Shown here: positions 1 through 10,208 of the stretch, in pieces
Position numbering within the stretch: position 1 is the first letter of the stretch
Layout: every line of letters begins with the position of its first letter
Origin: Candidatus Omnitrophota bacterium
Lineage (GTDB): Bacteria; Omnitrophota; Gorgyraeia; Gygaellales; Profunditerraquicolaceae
DNA length: 60,514 bases
Assembly: GCA_041653115.1 (NCBI GenBank)
Contig: JBAZGA010000008.1
Coordinates: 1-60,514, forward strand
Direction of reading: 5' to 3'
The notes under the pieces: model-generated
The model's database searches: none
The model's input: the letters and a program-made list of their open reading frames with translations, nothing else
Told to the model about the DNA's origin: nothing
Position numbers and translations under genes: made by a program

Positions 1-1
1 C

Positions 2-250
2 GATGAATTAGCCGGGAAGATTTCCGATTTCGCGTTAAAGGTACACCGCTCGGTAGATTGCCTGGATTTTGGGCGGGTAGATTTCCGTGTAGATCACCAG
101 GGTAATCCCTATGTATTGGAGATAAATCCTCTGCCTTCCTTATCCACGGAAGACGTATTTATGTTAATCGCAAAAACCATGGGCATAACCTATGAGCAGA
201 TGATCGGAAAGATCTTGGACAGCGCCTTTAAGAGGTATAACCTGGATTAG
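2..250 (+). CDS. D-Ala-D-Ala ligase family ATP-grasp protein, C-terminal fragment (5' truncated by window edge)
   Basis: Frame 2 reads DELAGKISDFALKVHRSVDCLDFGRVDFRVDHQGNPYVLEINPLPSL...YNLD*, with the ATP-grasp RVDFR...YVLEINPLP signature; TAG at 248-250. Not in the ORF track. Confidence 0.85.
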   Translation, partial: DELAGKISDFALKVHRSVDCLDFGRVDFRVDHQGNPYVLEINPLPSLSTEDVFMLIAKTMGITYEQMIGKILDSAFKRYNLD

Positions 251-254
251 ACAA

Positions 255-1271
255 GTGAAAGTCGCCCTTACTTATAACCTTAAGAAGAAAGACAAGACCA
301 AGCCCGCGGATTATTTTTCAGAATGCGATTCCGAAGATACCGTCAACGCGATTATCGCGGCGCTAAAAAGGAAGGGGCATACGGTTGAGCCGCTCGATAT
401 TGAATACCCCCGCCTCTTTTCTTATTTTAGAAGAAACCGCGTGGATATGGTTTTTAATATCGCCGAGGGAAAATGCGGGAAATTCCGCGAGTCGGAAGTG
501 CCCGCTGTTCTGGAATATTTAGATATCCCCTATACCGGCTCCAACACCTTTTCTCTGGCCTTGGCCCTGAATAAAGCGCTCACCAAAAAAATATTAAAAG
601 CGGAAGATATCCCCACGCCGCGCTTTCAATTATTTATCAACGGCAATGAGAAGCTGGAAGCGGATTTAAAGTTCCCGCTTATCGTAAAACCTAACCGCGA
701 AGGTTCTGCCAAAGGAATCAGTGTTTCCTGCGTGGTGACAGGCGAAGAAGCGCTCTTCGCTAAGATTAAAGAAATCCGCAATACCTACAAGCAGGAAGCG
801 CTGGTTGAGGAATTTATCGAAGGTAAAGAGCTGACCGTGGGAATCCTGGAAAACGGCAAAGCCACGATACTGCCGGTATTGGAAATAGATTTTTCCTCCT
901 GCAAGGACAGCGGAGAATATTTTTATTCCTGGCGGATGAAGGAGTATCAGGGTAATACAGAATTCGGTTTTTTACCCACCTTTCATTGCCCGGCAAGATT
1001 AGACCGGGAGACCGAAGCGCGCGTAAAGGAAACCGCCTTAAGGACGCATCGCGCGCTGGGGTGTTTGGATATCTCGCGTACCGACATACGTCTCGATAAA
1101 AATAACATACCTTATGTATTGGAGATAAACCCATTGCCGGGGCTTGACCCCTGGGAATCAAACTTCTCCCTGATGGCTTATGCCGCGGGGATGAAATACG
1201 AAGACCTGATTGAGGCGGTTTTAATCAGCGCCTTAGAAAGAAGAGGAAAACAAATTGGCCAATACCAATAA
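255..1271 (+). CDS. D-Ala-D-Ala ligase family ATP-grasp protein (second copy)
   Basis: FNIAEG, IPYTGS, LALALNKALTK, PLIVKPNREGSAKGI, LVEEFIEGKELTVG, SRTDIRLD, YVLEINPLPG motifs; GTG start. Confidence 0.9.
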   Translation: MKVALTYNLKKKDKTKPADYFSECDSEDTVNAIIAALKRKGHTVEPLDIEYPRLFSYFRRNRVDMVFNIAEGKCGKFRESEVPAVLEYLDIPYTGSNTFSLALALNKALTKKILKAEDIPTPRFQLFINGNEKLEADLKFPLIVKPNREGSAKGISVSCVVTGEEALFAKIKEIRNTYKQEALVEEFIEGKELTVGILENGKATILPVLEIDFSSCKDSGEYFYSWRMKEYQGNTEFGFLPTFHCPARLDRETEARVKETALRTHRALGCLDISRTDIRLDKNNIPYVLEINPLPGLDPWESNFSLMAYAAGMKYEDLIEAVLISALERRGKQIGQYQ

Positions 1272-2454
1272 TCATATCGCCGTAAGCGAAGCGCAAAAAT
1301 CAGCTCCGGAGGCCTTAACCCAGGCCCGGCCGGTAAAAAGGCCCCGCGATTATCAGCAGATCAGCCTTTTTAAAGATGTCAACCCTCTGGAATGGGAAGA
1401 TTGGCACTGGCAGATAAAAAACAGAATCTGCGCCAAAGAAGAGCTGGCCAAGGTTATCAGATTGACTTCCGAAGAAGAAAAAGGGATAGACCGGGCAACC
1501 GGAAGATTATCTACCGCCATCACTCCTTACTGGGTGACTTTGATTGACCCGGAAGACCCTAACTGCCCCTTAAGGCGCCAGGCAGTGCCGGTAATCCATG
1601 AATCGATTATCTCGCCCCACGAAATGACCGACCCCCTGGCTGAAGACAGGGATTCTCCCGCCCCTTACCTCGTGCACAGATACCCCGACAGGGTTTTATT
1701 ATTGGCCACCGAACATTGCGCGATGTATTGCCGGCACTGCACAAGAAGGAGACTGGTGGGCGAGCATAGCCACAAGGATTCTAATTCGCCGTCGCGCTTT
1801 GACGCGGCAGTGGAATATATAAAGTCCAACCGCAAGATTCGCGATGTGCTGATTTCCGGAGGCGATCCCCTTATTCTGGAAGACGAGGACCTGGAAAATT
1901 TAATTCAGAAAATCCGCTCTATTTCCCACGTCGAATTCTTAAGGCTCGGCACGCGCGTGCCCGTAACCCTGCCGCAGCGGATTACCGAGAACCTGGTGGC
2001 GATACTAAAAAAATATTCGCCGATCTGGATCAGCATACATTTTAACCACCCCAAGGAGATTACCAAGCGCTCTAAGATTGCCTGCGATATGTTGGCGGAT
2101 GCGGGGCTGCCCCTGGGCAGCCAGACGGTTTTATTAAAAGGCATCAATGACCGGCCCTTTATCATGAAAAAGCTGATGCATGACCTGCTGCAGATAAGAG
2201 TCAGGCCTTATTATATTTACCAGTGCGACCCGGTAAAGGGAACGCAGCATTTCCGTACTCCCGTAGCCGTGGGCATTAATATTATGGAAAAACTGCGCGG
2301 CCACACCTCGGGTTACGCCGTGCCTACATATGTTATCGACGCCCCGGGCGGCGGCGGCAAAATTCCCGTCGGCCCTAACTATATACTTTCACAGGCAAAA
2401 GGCAAATACGTCCTGCGTAATTATAAGGGCAAGATTTACACTTACCTGGAATAA
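1255..2454 (+). CDS. kamA: KamA-family radical SAM protein (lysine 2,3-aminomutase type)
   Basis: LVHRYPDRVLL, CAMYCRHCTR (CxxxCxxC), DVLISGGDP, HFNHPKE, PYYIYQCD, PTYVIDAPGGGGKIP (PLP lysine). Confidence 0.9.
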   Translation: MANTNNHIAVSEAQKSAPEALTQARPVKRPRDYQQISLFKDVNPLEWEDWHWQIKNRICAKEELAKVIRLTSEEEKGIDRATGRLSTAITPYWVTLIDPEDPNCPLRRQAVPVIHESIISPHEMTDPLAEDRDSPAPYLVHRYPDRVLLLATEHCAMYCRHCTRRRLVGEHSHKDSNSPSRFDAAVEYIKSNRKIRDVLISGGDPLILEDEDLENLIQKIRSISHVEFLRLGTRVPVTLPQRITENLVAILKKYSPIWISIHFNHPKEITKRSKIACDMLADAGLPLGSQTVLLKGINDRPFIMKKLMHDLLQIRVRPYYIYQCDPVKGTQHFRTPVAVGINIMEKLRGHTSGYAVPTYVIDAPGGGGKIPVGPNYILSQAKGKYVLRNYKGKIYTYLE

Positions 2455-2473
2455 AACTTACCCTTTTTATCCC

Positions 2474-2502
2474 TTGACCCTCGGCTTTTCGTATTATATA
2501 AT
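2474..2502 (+). promoter_or_regulatory. sigma70-type promoter for the EF-G paralogue operon
   Basis: TTGACC (2474-2479), 17-nt spacer, TATAAT (2497-2502). Confidence 0.75.
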
Positions 2503-2546
2503 AATTTTTCCTACCTTAATTTACTCTAAAGAGGAGTGCCGCGGAT

Positions 2547-4502
2547 ATGGATACTAAAAATAAAAGGAATTTTATTCTTTTAGGCCATGCCCAGTCGGGT
2601 AAGACGACGCTGACGGAAAGCCTGCTTTATTTCTGCAAGGCCACCACCCGTAAAGGCAAAGTCGCGGACGGCACAACCGTGGGCGACTACGGTTTTGACG
2701 AAATAGAAAGAAAAAATTCCATAAACTTAAGCCTGCTTTTTTGCGATTATCAGGGTATGCGGATTCAGATTGTGGATACTCCGGGTTACGCGGATTTTTT
2801 CGGTGAGGTTATTTCCGGAATCCGCGCCACAGATAGCGCGGTGATTGTGGTGGATGCTTCTGCCGGAATTGAGGTAGGGACTGAGCGGGCCTGGCAGATT
2901 GCGGAAGAGAATAATTTACCCTGCCTGTTCTTTATCAATAAAACCGATAAGGAAGGCACGGACACCCAAAAGGTGCTTGAGGATATAAAAAGCCGGCTCT
3001 GCAAAAAAGCCGCCTTTATTGATACGCTGGATTCTCCGGATTTAGTTGAAGCGATTGCCGAAAGCGACGATAAGCTTTTGGAAAAGTACCTGGAGGGCGC
3101 CAGCTTATCGAAGGAAGAATTAAGCGATGGCTTAGCTCAGGCAGTAATCAAGCGCAAGGTTTTTCCGGTTTTAGCCGGTTCGGCCTTAGCGGATAAAGGC
3201 ATAGCGCAGTTTTTAGATGCGGTCGTAAAATGCCTGCCCAGCCCTTTAGAGCGAGCAAAGATAGAGGCAGCCGACCCTAAAAACCCCGGAAATAAAAAAG
3301 AAATTTCCTTTAGCCAGGACGGAATATTTTCCGCTTTTGTTTTTAAAAATATATCCGACCCTTACGTGGGCCAATTAACGCTGCTGCGCGTTTTTTCAGG
3401 CTCTTTGCCATCGAATACGGGCTTTTATAATGTGAATAAAAAGGCCAGGGAAAGGATTGGCCAGATTTTCATCCTCCAGGGGAAAGAGCAGCGGGCGCTG
3501 GATGCCGCTTCTTGCGGAGACATTGTGGCGATTGCCAAATTGAAAGAAACAACTATTTCCGATTCGCTCTGCGATGAAAAAGAACAGGTTTTGTTTGACC
3601 CGATAGTTTTTCCGGAAGCGGCGATCTCCGCATCAGTAAAGCCGAAGTCCCGCGAAGACGAGGAAAAAATTTCCGGCGCGCTCTCTAAGCTTGCCGCAGA
3701 GGACCCGACCTTTAAAGTAGCGCACGACCCGCAGACCAAGGAGCTAATCATCTCGGGGCTGGGCGACCTGCATCTTGATGTGATGGTCGGCCGGATGAAA
3801 AAAAGGTTTAACGTAGAGGTAGAATTAGGCACCCCTAAGGTTTCCTATAAAGAGACGATTACCAAATCTGCCAGGGTCCAGGGTAAATATAAGCGCCAAT
3901 CCGGCGGCCGCGGCCAATACGGTGATGTTTGGATTGAAATTCAGCCCTTGGAAAGAGGCAAGGGGTTTGAATTCGTGGACAAAATTTTCGGCGGCGCCAT
4001 TCCGCGCAACTTCATTCCCTCGGCAGAAAAAGGCATCCGTCAGGCATGCCTGGAAGGCGCGGTAGCGGGTTACCCCATTGAGGATATCCGCGTGACTCTG
4101 GTTGACGGCTCATATCACGAAGTAGACTCCTCTGATATGGCCTTCCAGATCGCCGGGGCAATGGCCTTAAGAAAAGCGGTCACGGAATCAGGCCCGGTGT
4201 TGCTGGAGCCGGTGATGGATGTGGAGATTTTTATTCCCGAAGAATTTTTAGGCGCGATTTCCGGAGATATGAATTCCCGGCGCGGCCGGATTATGGGCAT
4301 GGACGTCAAAGGCAGGAACCAGATTGTCAAGGCGCAGGCGCCGTTATCGGAAATGTTTAAATACGCCAATGACCTGCGCTCAATTACCGGCGGAAGGGGT
4401 TCCTACACGATGCGTTTCTCGCATTACGAGGAGGTCCCGCACAAAATCGCCTCCACGATTATGGCGCAGTATCAGGCTGGCAAGAAACAGCAGGAAGAAT
4501 AA
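2547..4502 (+). CDS. fusA: Elongation factor G paralogue (EF-G2-like), 651 aa
   Basis: GHAQSGKTT, DTPG, NKTD, SGLGDLHL, KYKRQSGGRGQYG, DGSYHEVDSS, LLEPVM, LRSITGGRG; G2 motif RKNSI instead of RGITI. Confidence 0.9.
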   Translation: MDTKNKRNFILLGHAQSGKTTLTESLLYFCKATTRKGKVADGTTVGDYGFDEIERKNSINLSLLFCDYQGMRIQIVDTPGYADFFGEVISGIRATDSAVIVVDASAGIEVGTERAWQIAEENNLPCLFFINKTDKEGTDTQKVLEDIKSRLCKKAAFIDTLDSPDLVEAIAESDDKLLEKYLEGASLSKEELSDGLAQAVIKRKVFPVLAGSALADKGIAQFLDAVVKCLPSPLERAKIEAADPKNPGNKKEISFSQDGIFSAFVFKNISDPYVGQLTLLRVFSGSLPSNTGFYNVNKKARERIGQIFILQGKEQRALDAASCGDIVAIAKLKETTISDSLCDEKEQVLFDPIVFPEAAISASVKPKSREDEEKISGALSKLAAEDPTFKVAHDPQTKELIISGLGDLHLDVMVGRMKKRFNVEVELGTPKVSYKETITKSARVQGKYKRQSGGRGQYGDVWIEIQPLERGKGFEFVDKIFGGAIPRNFIPSAEKGIRQACLEGAVAGYPIEDIRVTLVDGSYHEVDSSDMAFQIAGAMALRKAVTESGPVLLEPVMDVEIFIPEEFLGAISGDMNSRRGRIMGMDVKGRNQIVKAQAPLSEMFKYANDLRSITGGRGSYTMRFSHYEEVPHKIASTIMAQYQAGKKQQEE

Positions 4503-4517
4503 GAAAGGGCGCTATCT

Positions 4518-5219
4518 ATGAAGATCAGCATATTTTCTCTGCCCGATATAAAATTAGGCAAGCATAATGTCAAAGACAGCCGGTTGGACGAAGTAGATAA
4601 TATCAGCCGGGCCAAGAAAAAAACTTATGTGCAGGTGGAAGTGGCGGCGGAGGATGCTATTTTGGATGCCGATTGTATTTTGGCGCCTCAAGATGCACGG
4701 CAGGATTTAGTGCTTAAGGATTTAGAATTCATCGAGACGCGCCTGGGCCGCAGCGAAGATGCAAACGAAAAGGGTTTACTGGAGAAGTTAAAAGCGGCTT
4801 TAGAAAAAGAACAGTTTGTTGCCGAAGTGCCGCTTGCTGCCGAGGAAAAACAGCTGCTCTCCGGTTACGGCTTATGCACTAAGAAGCCGGTGGTACTGGC
4901 GGAAAAAGAAGAGCCGGCAGATTTAAACCAGCTCTTAGTTCGCTGCCTGCAGGCAGCGAACTACATCAGTTTTTTTACTACCGGAGAAAAAGAGACCCGT
5001 GCCTGGCTGATTAAAAAAGGCACTACTGCCTGGGAGGCAGCCGGCTCTATTCATTCGGATATCCAGCGGGGATTTATCCGCGCGGAGATTATCAGTTTTC
5101 AGGATTTTATCGGCAGCGGCGGAGAGAACCCGGCCAAGCAGGCGGGAAAATTACGCCTGGAACAAAAAGATTACGTCATGCAGGACGCAGATTTAACAAC
5201 TTTCCGTTTCAATAAATAA
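4518..5219 (+). CDS. YchF-derived protein (DUF933/TGS C-terminal domain) without a recognisable P-loop
   Basis: C-terminal YISFFTTGEKETRAWLIKKGTTAWEAAGSIHSDIQRGFIRAE...EQKDYVMQDAD matches YchF; no GxxxxGKS at the N-terminus. Confidence 0.8.
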   Translation: MKISIFSLPDIKLGKHNVKDSRLDEVDNISRAKKKTYVQVEVAAEDAILDADCILAPQDARQDLVLKDLEFIETRLGRSEDANEKGLLEKLKAALEKEQFVAEVPLAAEEKQLLSGYGLCTKKPVVLAEKEEPADLNQLLVRCLQAANYISFFTTGEKETRAWLIKKGTTAWEAAGSIHSDIQRGFIRAEIISFQDFIGSGGENPAKQAGKLRLEQKDYVMQDADLTTFRFNK

Positions 5220-5243
5220 TTTATCATTGGAGGGCTAAAGTAG

Positions 5244-6806
5244 ATGGTTAAGATTAAGCGCGCATTGATTAGTGTTTCCGACAAAGAGGGAATAGTTGAT
5301 TTCAGCAGGGAATTAAGTAAATTAGGCGTAGAGATCCTTTCTACCGGCGGCACAGCCAAGACATTAAGAGAGAACAACATTCCGGTCAAGGATGTTTCCG
5401 AATATACCGGCTTTCCCGAAATGCTCGACGGCAGGGTAAAAACGCTACACCCCAAAATTCATGCGGGATTGCTGGCTTTGCGGGAAAACCGGGAGCATAT
5501 GGAGACTTTGCAGAAACACGCTATCGGCCTGATTGATATGGTAGTAGTGAATTTATACCCTTTTGAAAAGACCACCCAGAAGCCGGGAGTAACTATCGAA
5601 GAAGCGATTGAAAATATCGATATCGGGGGGCCGTCAATGCTGCGTTCGGCGGCGAAAAATCATCAGTCGGTTGCCGTGATCTGTAATCCCGGCCGCTATA
5701 ACCAGGTGATTGCAGAGCTGAAAAAGAACAGCGGTTCTCTCTCCTCCGGGTTAATGCGAGATTTGGCAATTGAAGTCTTCGGCCGGACAAGCCAGTATGA
5801 TGGGGCAATCCACGGCTACTTAAGCAAATCTTCCTCAGGAGGCGCGCGGCAGGCTGCGGGTTTTCCGGAAAAGTTATCCGTAGAGCTGGCAAAAATACAA
5901 GACCTGCGCTACGGAGAAAATCCGCATCAGAAAGCCGCTTTCTACCGTGAGGCCGGGGAATTAAAGGGCCTGAGTAAAATGAAACAACTCTGGGGAAAAG
6001 AGCTTTCTTTTAACAATATCCTTGACCTGAATGCCGCGGTGAATATAGCGAGAGAATTTGAAAAGCCGGCAGTGGTATTTATTAAACATAATAACCCCTG
6101 CGGCGTGGCGGAAAATAGCGATATCTTTAGGGCCTATCGCGATGCCTGGTCTTGCGATAAATTATCGGCGTTCGGGGGGATTCTCGCCATCAACAGGAAT
6201 GTCGATTTAAATCTGGCAAAGTTAATCGCAAAAAGCGGTTTTCTCGAGTGTGTTATTTGCCCGGCTTTTAGCGAAGACGCCCTGAATTTGTTAAAAGATA
6301 AAAAGAATCTGCGGCTTTTGGAATTACCGGCATTGACGCAAAAATCAACGCAGTTGGATTTCAAGCGGGTAAACGGCGGCCTGCTCATTCAGGATGAAGA
6401 CAGCATTACCCTCGATGAAAATAACCTAAAGGTTGTGACTAAGAAAAAACCCACCAAGGCCGAAATGGCATCTTTACTTTTTGCCTGGAAAGTGGCAAAA
6501 CACGTAAAGTCCAACGCCATTATCTTAACCCGCGGCACAAAAACCGTGGGTATCGGCGCAGGGCAGATGTCCAGGGTCGATTCGGTATTTATCTCGACTA
6601 AAAAGGCAGGGAAGCTTGCTTTCGGCTCGGTATTGGCTTCGGATGCCTTTTTCCCCAAGGAAGACGCAATTGCGCTGGCTGCAAAATATAAAATTAAAGC
6701 GATCATCCAGCCCGGCGGTTCCATCGCCGACGACAAAATTATTCAGATGGCGGATAAGAAAAAAATCGCCATGGTTACAACCGGCATCAGGCATTTCCGG
6801 CATTAA
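5244..6806 (+). CDS. purH: Bifunctional AICAR transformylase/IMP cyclohydrolase
   Basis: RALISVSDK, STGGT, GRVKTLHPKIH, ENIDIGGPSM, LRYGENPHQ, KHNNPCG, GAGQMSRVDS, SDAFFP, TGIRHFRH. Confidence 0.97.
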   Translation: MVKIKRALISVSDKEGIVDFSRELSKLGVEILSTGGTAKTLRENNIPVKDVSEYTGFPEMLDGRVKTLHPKIHAGLLALRENREHMETLQKHAIGLIDMVVVNLYPFEKTTQKPGVTIEEAIENIDIGGPSMLRSAAKNHQSVAVICNPGRYNQVIAELKKNSGSLSSGLMRDLAIEVFGRTSQYDGAIHGYLSKSSSGGARQAAGFPEKLSVELAKIQDLRYGENPHQKAAFYREAGELKGLSKMKQLWGKELSFNNILDLNAAVNIAREFEKPAVVFIKHNNPCGVAENSDIFRAYRDAWSCDKLSAFGGILAINRNVDLNLAKLIAKSGFLECVICPAFSEDALNLLKDKKNLRLLELPALTQKSTQLDFKRVNGGLLIQDEDSITLDENNLKVVTKKKPTKAEMASLLFAWKVAKHVKSNAIILTRGTKTVGIGAGQMSRVDSVFISTKKAGKLAFGSVLASDAFFPKEDAIALAAKYKIKAIIQPGGSIADDKIIQMADKKKIAMVTTGIRHFRH

Positions 6807-6809
6807 TGC

Positions 6810-8117
6810 ATGACCTACCCGGAAACAATCCGATACCTGGAATCTTTTATTAATTACGAGAAAATCCCCGCTTATCCCTATAAGGAATCTTTAAAGTTAG
6901 AGCGCATCAGGGGGTTCCTGGATGCGCTCGGAAATCCCGAGGATTCCTTAAGGTGTATCCATGTTGCCGGCACAAAAGGGAAAGGCTCTACCTCGGCTTT
7001 CCTTACCTATATATTAAGGGAGGGGGGGTATAAAACCGGCCTTTATACTTCGCCCCATTTATCTGATTTTAGAGAGCGCATCAGAATTTTAAATCCGCAA
7101 TCTTTGGCCCCTGTCCCCCAACCCGAATTTGAAGGAATAATCCTCCCTGAAGACCTGGCAGGACTGGTTAAGAGATTAAAGCCGGAGATAGAAAAATATA
7201 ATCGGCGCTCGCCGTACGGAGCGCTTTCTTTTTTTGAAGTCTATACTGCTTTGGCGCTTACCTATTTTAAGGAAAGAAAAGTTGATTTTGCGGTTTTAGA
7301 AACCGGTTTGGGCGGCAGGCTTGACGCTACCAACGCAGTAAATCCCTTAGTTTGCGCGATTACGCCGATAAGTTATGAGCATACCCAGAAACTGGGCAAT
7401 ACTCTGCGAGAAATCGCAAAAGAAAAAGCCGGCATTATTAAATCCCGGATACCGGGCTCAATTGTAATTTCTGCGCCGCAGGAAAAAGAAGCCATTGAAG
7501 TAATTAGGGCCAGGTGCAAGGAAGCCGGCGCAAAATTATATGAAATAAACCCCGATAATTACCGGCGTTTTAAGATAAAACTCCTGGGAGAGCATCAGCA
7601 GATTAATGCCAATCTGGCCGCAGAGATAATTAAGGCACTGGGTGCTTATGGGATTAAAATCAAAAGAGAAGCGATTAAAAAAGGCCTTTATCATACAGTC
7701 TGGCCGGGAAGGTGCGAGACTGTCTCGCGAAATCCTCTGGCGGTGCTGGACGGCGCGCAGAATCTCGCCTCAAGCCGGGCCTTAAAGAAAACCATTAAAG
7801 AGAACTTCAAGTACAGAAAATTAATTCTGGTTTTGGGTATTTCCAGCGACAAGGATATAAAAGGGATATGCCATGAGTTATCCGGATTAGCGGATAGCGT
7901 GATTTTAACCAGGGCAGATAGCCCGCGGGCGGCTAAACCGGAAGTATTGGGCGGTTATTTTAAAGATAAAGAAAGATATTTGACAAATAGCGTAAAAGAA
8001 GCGATAAGTCTGGCAAAGCAAAAAGCCGGGACAAGAGATTTGATTTTGGTGACCGGGTCGTTATTTGTGGTAGGAGAAGCGCGAGAAATATTTTATGGTT
8101 TTGTTTCCGTGCGCTGA
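6810..8117 (+). CDS. folC: Folylpolyglutamate synthase/dihydrofolate synthase
   Basis: IHVAGTKGKGS, YTSPHL, LETGLGGRLDATN, HQQINA, WPGR, LDGAQN, VTGSLFVVGE. Confidence 0.95.
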   Translation: MTYPETIRYLESFINYEKIPAYPYKESLKLERIRGFLDALGNPEDSLRCIHVAGTKGKGSTSAFLTYILREGGYKTGLYTSPHLSDFRERIRILNPQSLAPVPQPEFEGIILPEDLAGLVKRLKPEIEKYNRRSPYGALSFFEVYTALALTYFKERKVDFAVLETGLGGRLDATNAVNPLVCAITPISYEHTQKLGNTLREIAKEKAGIIKSRIPGSIVISAPQEKEAIEVIRARCKEAGAKLYEINPDNYRRFKIKLLGEHQQINANLAAEIIKALGAYGIKIKREAIKKGLYHTVWPGRCETVSRNPLAVLDGAQNLASSRALKKTIKENFKYRKLILVLGISSDKDIKGICHELSGLADSVILTRADSPRAAKPEVLGGYFKDKERYLTNSVKEAISLAKQKAGTRDLILVTGSLFVVGEAREIFYGFVSVR

Positions 8118-8201
8118 AAATTTTTGCCGTCTGCTTCGGCTTACTCCTCGCAGACATTTGCCAAAAATTTTCTAATGCGCACTCCAGCAAAGACCATAAA
8201 A
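8091..8201. repeat. 111-nt imperfect inverted repeat (rod-like hairpin) overlapping the folC stop
   Basis: Nested pairs: TTTTATGGT 8091-8099/ACCATAAAA 8193-8201; GTGCGC 8109-8114/GCGCAC 8177-8182; GAAAATTTTTG 8116-8126/CAAAAATTTTC 8162-8172; GTCTGC 8129-8134/GCAGAC 8150-8155. Confidence 0.8.
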
Positions 8202-8235
8202 TTTATTCAAGCCACCCGCTTTTTATAGGTAAAAT

Positions 8236-9618
8236 ATGTATAACCTAAGCTTAACCGATACAATTGCCGCGATTTCAACTCCGATTGGCGAGGGAGGGAT
8301 TGGCATTGTGCGCATCAGCGGTAAAGATGCCTTGAAAATCGCCGATAAGGTTTTTGCGGCTAAAGACGGGGAAAAACCGTCCACCTTCAAGGCCTATACC
8401 ACGCATTACGGCTGGGTTAAAGATAAGTCTAAAGTTATCGATGAAGTAATCCTGACCGTAATGCGGCAGCCCAAATCTTATACCAAAGAGGATGTTGTCG
8501 AAATCAACTGCCACGGCGGGATTGTGGCATTACGCGCAGTATTGGATTTAGTCCTGGCAAACGGCTGCCGCTTAGCCGAGCCCGGGGAATTTACCAGGCG
8601 GGCATTTTTAAACGGCAGGATTGATTTAAGCCAGGCAGAGGCGGTTTTAGATATTATCCGGGCGAAAACCGATGCCGCCTTAAAAGTAGGAACGGAACAA
8701 TTAAGGGGTACGCTTTCTCGGGAGATAGGCAATTTAAGGAAGGAAATATTGCAGGCGCTGGCGGCGTTAGAGGCAAATATCGATTTCCCCGAAGAAGAAA
8801 CAGGAGCGGTTAACCCAAAGCAAGTCTTTAAACAGTTGAATAAGGCAGATAGCGCGTTAAAAAATATTTTACAAGCTGCGCGGCAAGGCCGGATAATGCG
8901 CGAGGGCGTGCAGGCGGTTATCTGCGGCAAGCCCAATGCAGGAAAATCCTCGCTTTTAAACGCTCTCTTGAAGCAAGAGCGGTCCATCGTTACGCCAATG
9001 GCCGGGACAACCCGCGATACCGTCGAGGAGATTATTGACATTAAGGGTATCCCCATCAGGATTGTCGATACCGCCGGTATTATTGAGCCGCGGGATTTAG
9101 TAGAGAGAAAGGCCGTCTCGCGCACAAAAAGATATATTGCCTTAGCGGATCTGGTCATTTTAATCTTTGACGCAAGCAGAAGCTTAAGCCGGGAAGACAA
9201 AATCCTCATCCGGAAGTTAAAGAATAAGCCTACTATCGCGGTAATCAATAAAATAGACCTCAGGCAGAAGATAGAGAAAAAAAGGCTCGGAGGGATATTC
9301 GGCTGTATCATTGAGCTGTCGGCAAAAAAATGTAAAAATATAAATTTGCTGGAAGACGCTATTGTTAATTCCGTCTATCAAGGTAAGGTTAGCGGCAACG
9401 AGCATATGCTCGTGAGCAACTTAAGGCATATCCAGGCGCTAAAGACGGCCCAAAAACTTATTGAAGAAGCCGCTAAATCATTAGATAATAAGCTGTCCCC
9501 GGAATTCGCCGCGCAGGACTTAAAAGACGCCTTAGGCCGGTTAGACGATATCCTGGGGAAAAGATTCTCCGAAGATTTGATAAATAAGATATTCAACGAT
9601 TTTTGTATCGGTAAGTAA
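8236..9618 (+). CDS. mnmE: tRNA modification GTPase MnmE
   Basis: [62 protein letters not shown]-terminal FCIGK. Confidence 0.97.
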   Translation: MYNLSLTDTIAAISTPIGEGGIGIVRISGKDALKIADKVFAAKDGEKPSTFKAYTTHYGWVKDKSKVIDEVILTVMRQPKSYTKEDVVEINCHGGIVALRAVLDLVLANGCRLAEPGEFTRRAFLNGRIDLSQAEAVLDIIRAKTDAALKVGTEQLRGTLSREIGNLRKEILQALAALEANIDFPEEETGAVNPKQVFKQLNKADSALKNILQAARQGRIMREGVQAVICGKPNAGKSSLLNALLKQERSIVTPMAGTTRDTVEEIIDIKGIPIRIVDTAGIIEPRDLVERKAVSRTKRYIALADLVILIFDASRSLSREDKILIRKLKNKPTIAVINKIDLRQKIEKKRLGGIFGCIIELSAKKCKNINLLEDAIVNSVYQGKVSGNEHMLVSNLRHIQALKTAQKLIEEAAKSLDNKLSPEFAAQDLKDALGRLDDILGKRFSEDLINKIFNDFCIGK

Positions 9619-9628
9619 CGGAGGCAGG

Positions 9629-10183
9629 ATGGATAAGAAAAAAATTGAAAAAGCGGTTAAAGAAATACTGGAAGCAATCGGAGACGACCCCAAAAGAAAA
9701 GACCTGCTGGGTACGCCTACTCGCGTTGCAGAAATGTACGAAGAGATATTTTCCGGAATTAAACAGAAGCCGGAGAAAGAGCTTGAAGTAATCTTGGAGC
9801 AAAAACACGATGAAATTGTGCTCCTGAAGAATATTCCTCTTTATTCAGTCTGCGAGCACCACCTGATGCCTTTTATGGGCCGCGCCCATATCGCCTATAT
9901 CCCAAAAGGAGGCAGGGTTACCGGATTGAGTAAATTGGCCAGGGTGGTGGAGGTCTTTTCCCGCAGGCTGCAAGTGCAAGAACGCCTTACCGCCCAGATT
10001 GCCGAGATTGTGATGCGTAAGCTTAGGCCCTTAGGCTGCATGGTAGTGATCGAAGCGGAACATCTTTGTTTATCCATGCGCGGGATAAGAAAGCCCGGCA
10101 CGCTGACGGTAACTTCGGTAGTAAGGGGCATATTCAAAGAAAATGAGAAGACCCGCGCCGAGGCCCTGGCTTTGATTAAGTGA
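9629..10183 (+). CDS. folE: GTP cyclohydrolase I
   Basis: [43 protein letters not shown]. Confidence 0.96.
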   Translation: MDKKKIEKAVKEILEAIGDDPKRKDLLGTPTRVAEMYEEIFSGIKQKPEKELEVILEQKHDEIVLLKNIPLYSVCEHHLMPFMGRAHIAYIPKGGRVTGLSKLARVVEVFSRRLQVQERLTAQIAEIVMRKLRPLGCMVVIEAEHLCLSMRGIRKPGTLTVTSVVRGIFKENEKTRAEALALIK

Positions 10184-10208
10184 TAAATTGAGAAAGGAGC
10201 ATCAGGCC

